Assembly (NCBI GenBank): GCA_020348445.1 | Contig: CP070751.1 | Span: 96,001 to 160,000, forward strand | DNA length: 64,000 nt | Direction of reading: 5' to 3' | Source of the DNA: Thermoplasmata archaeon | GTDB taxonomy: Archaea; Thermoplasmatota; Thermoplasmata; GCA-020350865 | Part shown: one piece after another, positions 58,768 through 64,000 of the stretch | Numbering within the stretch: position 1 is the first letter of the stretch | Layout: every line of letters starts with the position of its first letter | Position numbers and translations under genes: made by a program | The notes under the pieces: model-generated | The model's database searches: none | Seen by the model: the letters and a program-made list of their open reading frames with translations, nothing else | What the model was told of the DNA's origin: nothing

Positions 58768-58927
58768 TCTTCAAAGAAGAAAGCAAAATTTATATCACAA
58801 ACAATAAAAAAATCGCACCACAACTGCTTTATATAATGCCAGACAATATAAATTAATTAATTAATAGGTAGGTAATTATAAAAATATAGACCCCAAAATT
58901 GCATATTAGGAGGGGGGAACTGACACA

Positions 58928-61900
58928 ATGTGGGCTAAAAAGTCAATTTACGTGTCCAACCAATCAATGAAAATTCGGAAAAAAAGTGCTTTAAGACCAT
59001 CAAAAAAGAGAACAAATTTTAAACATCGAATTTTTTCAATATTCACTATACTGGCCCTGATGTTGGGGGGAATGGCCTCTATTTTCCCGATTCTCATCCC
59101 GGAAAGCCTGCCAAGCGCAAGTGGTACGATCATCAGAAGTATCTTTTTCGACGATATGGAGGCAGGAGGCCCAGCGGCCCTAGGACAATGGCGCACTCAA
59201 GATGCACTTCTTGTGAGGCCTTCTCAACCAAGTGCAAGCCAATGGGAACTGGGAACACCAACGCCACCACCTAATGCCTATTCACCTACAATTTGCTGGG
59301 GTACCGAATTGGGAGGGGCGTATTATAGTCCTTCTGAATATCTATTAATAACTCCAACCATCGATTTGACTACAGAAGCAATATTGAGTGCACAATTATC
59401 CTTCTGGCATACCTATTCCTTCTTCCAAAATGATGGAGGTTGGGTAGAAGTAAACCCTATGGGCTTCATGGTCGGAGATATCATCCATCCTGAGGGTGGT
59501 TACCCTGGTCACGTTTTCAGTCCACTAGGGATGGGGGGCTCAGGATATAACGGTTCAAATAGTGGATGGGAGCAAGCCATATTTGATCTATCAGAATATA
59601 TAGGCCAAACGATAAGAATTGGATTTAGATTCTGTGGCTATAGCGGAGATATGATTTCCCGAGGATGGTACATCGATGATGTATCAGTGGATAATGAGTG
59701 GTTCGACGGACCAAAGATTGGGCCAGATCAAACCAAAGCCGGATTTGGAGGAGATACCCTATCATACACCCTTACAGTCACCAATTACAACATTGTAGAC
59801 GACTATATTGATACCCATTACACGGACACAAATAATTGGCAGGTACGTATACTCAATGCCACAACCCTTCTTCCACTACAGGATAAGGGGGGTACACTTG
59901 GATTGCCTGACGTATATCTATCTCCCATGGAATCAGAGAATATAATTGTACAAGTTACGATTCCAGCAACCATAGATGATTGGGATATATCTGATACGAC
60001 CATAATATATGCTATTTCATTTGATAATCCCATGAACCAGGACACAGCAGAACTGATCACCAAAACTCCATGGCCCGATGTTGGTATCAGCAAAATCGCA
60101 TTACCCAGTATAAAAAAAGTTGGCGATACGATAAACATCATCGTCACAGTAAAAAACTATGGGGATTGGACAACTTCTTTCAATGTTGAGGGTTTACTAT
60201 CTGCCATGCTGATCACTCCACCCTCCACGCAAGAACCTACATTACAATACATATCAAATCTCAAACCCAACGAGACCATTGATTTACAATGGAGTTTTAT
60301 ACCTACTGTCTCATGTGAGTACACATTTTCCGCAACAACGTTACTTGACATCGATCAATTTGTTTATAATAACAAATCCGTAAAAAGCATACTGGTTCAA
60401 GAGATGCTGTGGATGGATGACATGGAAAGTGGGGGAGATGCCGCCAATGGATTATGGACCCACTTCATCGATTCCGGCTCTTCCTCCACAACGGATTGGG
60501 AATTGGGAGTACCGACATGGCTCTCTGGCCCCTCTCCCAGCAGTGTGCCCTCACTGCCGAATTGCTGGGGCACCGATCTTAGCTATGCATATGCGGAGGA
60601 TACTGATTGCTACCTATTCACCCCTGCATCGTCAGCATTCGATTTTAGAGGATTTGACGAGATAGTCTTGGCTTTCTCTCACTGGTGGAGCCTACAATCC
60701 ACCACCACTCACGGTGAAGATGTTGGAATGATCGTTTATACATTCGATGCAGATCCAATTTCCACCATGTACATCACAGGAATTGAATTTAATACGAATT
60801 CAAATGATTGGGAGCGCGAGGAAATCGATATGACACCTTTTGTAAAGGATGAACCATATGTGAGATTCGGCTGGAGACTTTTCGAAGATATAGGGGGTAA
60901 TAAATTCGAGCATGGGATATGGCCTGGATGGTATATGGATGATGTTGCGGTATGGGCCAAGCCTGCCAGGCCTGAAATCATTATTACCGAATTAATGGAC
61001 AGCGGAGGTAATGAATATTTAGAGGTTTTCAATTGCGGATCCCAACCTGCAATTCTTAGTGAGTACGGTATAACTCTTGATATGGGTAGCACATGGTTGT
61101 CCTCAGGCACTTGGGGTGCTCCTTTTCTTTCACCTAATGGCCACACTTACTACAATATTCCTGCAGGTCTCGATGATCTCGATAATCAAGGTGAGACAAT
61201 CAGCATAGTAAATAGATCCATTATTGAAGGATTGATAACTGACCAGATATCATACGGTCAGAAGGGCACCGTTCCTGATCCATTACCAGGGGAAAGTGCG
61301 GCAAGATATTGGGACGGAAGTAAGTACAAGAACGAGTGGGCCAGGGATAGCTCCCCAACCATTGGTTTTCAGAACGATGGGCAGGGCGAGGTTGACTTCA
61401 AATATGTCGTTCTAAACGAGGTTCTCTATAATCCCGGGATAATTGAGGCTTTCATTGAATTAAGATATGTGGGTTATCCAGGAAATGAACCTGATATCGA
61501 TGTTTCTGACTGGATTTTAGTTGTGGGTGATTCTGTATTTACAATACCTGCTAGTCCATTCAGTACGATACTCAACTTAAAGAATCCATTTTATGTGGTG
61601 AACGAAGGTATGTTCCCGGGTTTATTTGGTACTACTGATGTCGATGGCGACAACATTTATCTTTACACTGACTCAGGTTTATTTGTAGACGAGGTTGGAT
61701 GGAACCTCCCGCATGCACCTGATACTTCCATCTCAAGGGTCCCTGACGGATTTGGCGTGAAGCTGGGTTTTAAACAACATGGCCTCATGGGATATGACGA
61801 TCCAAGTTCCATTGCAGCAGGTTGGCAATTCGGAAGGACACCCAGCATGTCTATAGTTGCAATCGAGGCAGATCAAAATGGAGTGGGAGATGCAGAATGG

Positions 61901-64000
61901 ACCGTGATTTATGATCTAAACGTCACCAACCATCAGGATGTTGCTGATTATATAGATCTAATTTTCACACCCCCAAGTCCCGGTTGGATCATTGAGTTCT
62001 ATGCTGCAGACAATGTTACATTACTGTTAGACAATGATGGGGATGGGGTAATAGACACTGGCCTTCTTCCCGCGAACTCAATTATGTGGATCAAGGTAAA
62101 GATAACACTCCCTGCTGAGCATATCGGTGATTTTGAAAAAACTGTAATCACGGCACGATCATCACAGAACCTAAATGGTTGGGATACAGTTACCCTTATC
62201 ACTGAAACTTATCCCCATATCGAGGTAAATAAATCATCAAGCAGAAATGAAATTTGGCTTAATGGAACGGGTATGTTTCCACAATCTACAACAATCGAGC
62301 TTGAAATCAGGGGTTCGGGACTTGCCCAATCTATTACGTTTCCCCAGGATGTCGTCTTCTGTATTGACAGTTCCGGCAGTATGGCCCAGAACGACCCAAA
62401 AGATTTACGCAAAGATGCCGCCAAGTCCTATGTGGATGATATGAGAATTCCTGATAGAGGTGCTGTGGTTGATTTCGATGATAATGCTATATTGGTAGGA
62501 AACGACCATTTGGATTCTAATTACGTTCAAATAAAGAACAACATAGATAAAATCGATTCCGTAGGTGGGACAGCCATTGGTGCTGCTTTGAAGCTGGCAA
62601 ATGATGAGCTCATAGCAAATGGTGATCCCACACATATCTGGATTATTATTCTCATCACAGATGGTTTAACTGGGGATGAGGCCCTATGTTACGCAGAAGC
62701 GGATAGAGCAGCTGAAAATAACATAAAGATATACACCATCGGTTTGGGGAATATGGTGGACGAAGACCTCCTTACGGACATCGCTGAAATCACTGGGGGT
62801 AAGTATTATCCCGCACCTACTCCTGAGTACCTTGCGGGCATATACTACGACATTAGAACCCAAACATTGAACATTGCGGGAAAAGACTTGGTTGCTGGTG
62901 ATAACGTCTATTTTGTTAGGGATGTACTACCTCCATGGATAGATCTTATTCCTGGAACCTTCAATGTCGTTCCAGATAACATTACCGTTGATACAAATGG
63001 GTATACTATAATGGAGTGGGAGGTGGAAAGGGTTTTTATTGGCGATACCCTGACCTACAGTTTTGAGGTGGTATCCAACCTCCCAGGTCTTGTGCAAACC
63101 AACTTCGTTTCAGGTTCAAGGGTTAGGTATGTCAAATGGACTGGTTCCGAAGTTGAGGAACTTTTCCCTGAGGTTTTGGTGAATGTTTTGCTGGGACCAG
63201 CAATGCCACCTCGGCTTTCTGCAAGGGCGCAGGGAGATGATGTTCAGCTTTATTGGATTCCTCCACAGACAACTGGAATCCATCATTATCTCATCTATAA
63301 GAGTCCAACACAAACCGGCTTTGATTTCTCAGATGTTTGGGTGAACACATTACAACTTGATGATAATGGCATAATACCCACCCGAACCACCTGGAACATT
63401 ACGAATGCAACACGAGGACTTTACCCAAAAGAGGAGTACTACATCATAAGAGCTGTAAACCAAATAGGAGAAAAGAGTGTGACAAGTAATACCGCGGGAA
63501 AATGGACAAAAACATTCTACCAGGGAGTGAACACATTCTCATTGCCTTTAGAGCCATCCGAGATTAAAACAACGGAGTGGTATACAAATAATATTCCAAA
63601 TTGCAAATACATTAAATGGATGGATGAAACCACACATACTTGGATCAAACACGATCTTGGAGAGGGATTAGGTATAGATGACTCTGAAATTGTTGTGGGG
63701 AAAGGTTATGAAATCTCTGTAGCATCAAATAGTGTATATACATTTTGTGGATACCCAGGCGCTCATATTAGGTATACCGAGGAGGAGCTTCCTGCTCCAT
63801 CCAATTTTGCAGTAAATGTAATCAACGATTTTGGAGATGTAGAACTTACATGGGATCCAGTACCTGATGCTGATCATTACATCATTTACAAATCAGGCAC
63901 CAGGAATGGGCTAAATGATCTTACCCTATTTCCTTTATGGGAGACCACATACGGCGATCCAATGGATACCTCTTTTATAGATTATAATGCCGCCTACTTC
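58928..64000 (+). CDS. Large surface/adhesin protein (>1691 aa, runs off the window): two MAM/cleaved-adhesin-like beta-sandwiches, CARDB-like Ig, two lamin-tail-like domains, vWA domain, FN3-like domains
   Basis: Not in the ORF track (no stop in the window). ATG 58928 follows GGAGGGGGG; the frame is consistent at 62363 and 63962. Motifs: WELGTP..CWGT and GWYIDDV (twice), IIITEL and VLNEVLYNP, MIDAS IDSSGSM...GGTAIG...ILITDG...IYTIGLG. Confidence 0.88.
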   Translation, partial: MWAKKSIYVSNQSMKIRKKSALRPSKKRTNFKHRIFSIFTILALMLGGMASIFPILIPESLPSASGTIIRSIFFDDMEAGGPAALGQWRTQDALLVRPSQPSASQWELGTPTPPPNAYSPTICWGTELGGAYYSPSEYLLITPTIDLTTEAILSAQLSFWHTYSFFQNDGGWVEVNPMGFMVGDIIHPEGGYPGHVFSPLGMGGSGYNGSNSGWEQAIFDLSEYIGQTIRIGFRFCGYSGDMISRGWYIDDVSVDNEWFDGPKIGPDQTKAGFGGDTLSYTLTVTNYNIVDDYIDTHYTDTNNWQVRILNATTLLPLQDKGGTLGLPDVYLSPMESENIIVQVTIPATIDDWDISDTTIIYAISFDNPMNQDTAELITKTPWPDVGISKIALPSIKKVGDTINIIVTVKNYGDWTTSFNVEGLLSAMLITPPSTQEPTLQYISNLKPNETIDLQWSFIPTVSCEYTFSATTLLDIDQFVYNNKSVKSILVQEMLWMDDMESGGDAANGLWTHFIDSGSSSTTDWELGVPTWLSGPSPSSVPSLPNCWGTDLSYAYAEDTDCYLFTPASSAFDFRGFDEIVLAFSHWWSLQSTTTHGEDVGMIVYTFDADPISTMYITGIEFNTNSNDWEREEIDMTPFVKDEPYVRFGWRLFEDIGGNKFEHGIWPGWYMDDVAVWAKPARPEIIITELMDSGGNEYLEVFNCGSQPAILSEYGITLDMGSTWLSSGTWGAPFLSPNGHTYYNIPAGLDDLDNQGETISIVNRSIIEGLITDQISYGQKGTVPDPLPGESAARYWDGSKYKNEWARDSSPTIGFQNDGQGEVDFKYVVLNEVLYNPGIIEAFIELRYVGYPGNEPDIDVSDWILVVGDSVFTIPASPFSTILNLKNPFYVVNEGMFPGLFGTTDVDGDNIYLYTDSGLFVDEVGWNLPHAPDTSISRVPDGFGVKLGFKQHGLMGYDDPSSIAAGWQFGRTPSMSIVAIEADQNGVGDAEWTVIYDLNVTNHQDVADYIDLIFTPPSPGWIIEFYAADNVTLLLDNDGDGVIDTGLLPANSIMWIKVKITLPAEHIGDFEKTVITARSSQNLNGWDTVTLITETYPHIEVNKSSSRNEIWLNGTGMFPQSTTIELEIRGSGLAQSITFPQDVVFCIDSSGSMAQNDPKDLRKDAAKSYVDDMRIPDRGAVVDFDDNAILVGNDHLDSNYVQIKNNIDKIDSVGGTAIGAALKLANDELIANGDPTHIWIIILITDGLTGDEALCYAEADRAAENNIKIYTIGLGNMVDEDLLTDIAEITGGKYYPAPTPEYLAGIYYDIRTQTLNIAGKDLVAGDNVYFVRDVLPPWIDLIPGTFNVVPDNITVDTNGYTIMEWEVERVFIGDTLTYSFEVVSNLPGLVQTNFVSGSRVRYVKWTGSEVEELFPEVLVNVLLGPAMPPRLSARAQGDDVQLYWIPPQTTGIHHYLIYKSPTQTGFDFSDVWVNTLQLDDNGIIPTRTTWNITNATRGLYPKEEYYIIRAVNQIGEKSVTSNTAGKWTKTFYQGVNTFSLPLEPSEIKTTEWYTNNIPNCKYIKWMDETTHTWIKHDLGEGLGIDDSEIVVGKGYEISVASNSVYTFCGYPGAHIRYTEEELPAPSNFAVNVINDFGDVELTWDPVPDADHYIIYKSGTRNGLNDLTLFPLWETTYGDPMDTSFIDYNAAYF

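Overview
Archaeal DNA: TATA/BRE-type promoters, GGTGA/GGAGG ribosome-binding sites, aRF1, archaeal SepF, and tRNAs with bulge-helix-bulge introns. A Thermoplasmatota-like lineage is my inference only. About 60% of the window encodes cell-surface proteins. (1) 1-26.3 kb, minus strand: a tandem array of five paralogous, modular beta-propeller/Ig-stalk membrane proteins of 1315 to >2573 aa. Each has its own copy of one conserved promoter cassette and a strongly conserved cytoplasmic tail. The first paralog runs off the window and is missing from the ORF track. (2) 26.4-35 kb: a small membrane hydrolase-like gene, a 2263-aa beta-helix/13xPKD/TSP3 protein and two pilin-like genes. (3) 35-39 kb: argS, aRF1, pyrH. 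(4) 39-46.7 kb: six tandem zinc-ribbon membrane proteins, then a KaiC-like ATPase, a wHTH regulator and a clostripain-family protease. (5) 50-58 kb: mtnA, an SDR, a PUA protein, sepF, an M18 aminopeptidase and small orphans. This stretch also holds tRNA-iMet with a non-canonical 50-nt D-loop intron and tRNA-Glu(CTC) with a canonical intron. Both tRNAs are followed by the same family of hairpin repeats: variable but covarying stems, a fixed 29-nt inner segment ending TTCTTAAG, and a copy of that tRNA's own 3' end. (6) 58.9 kb to the end: a partial large vWA/LTD/adhesin-type surface protein, also missing from the ORF track. No CRISPR array, transposase, integrase or reverse transcriptase was recognised.
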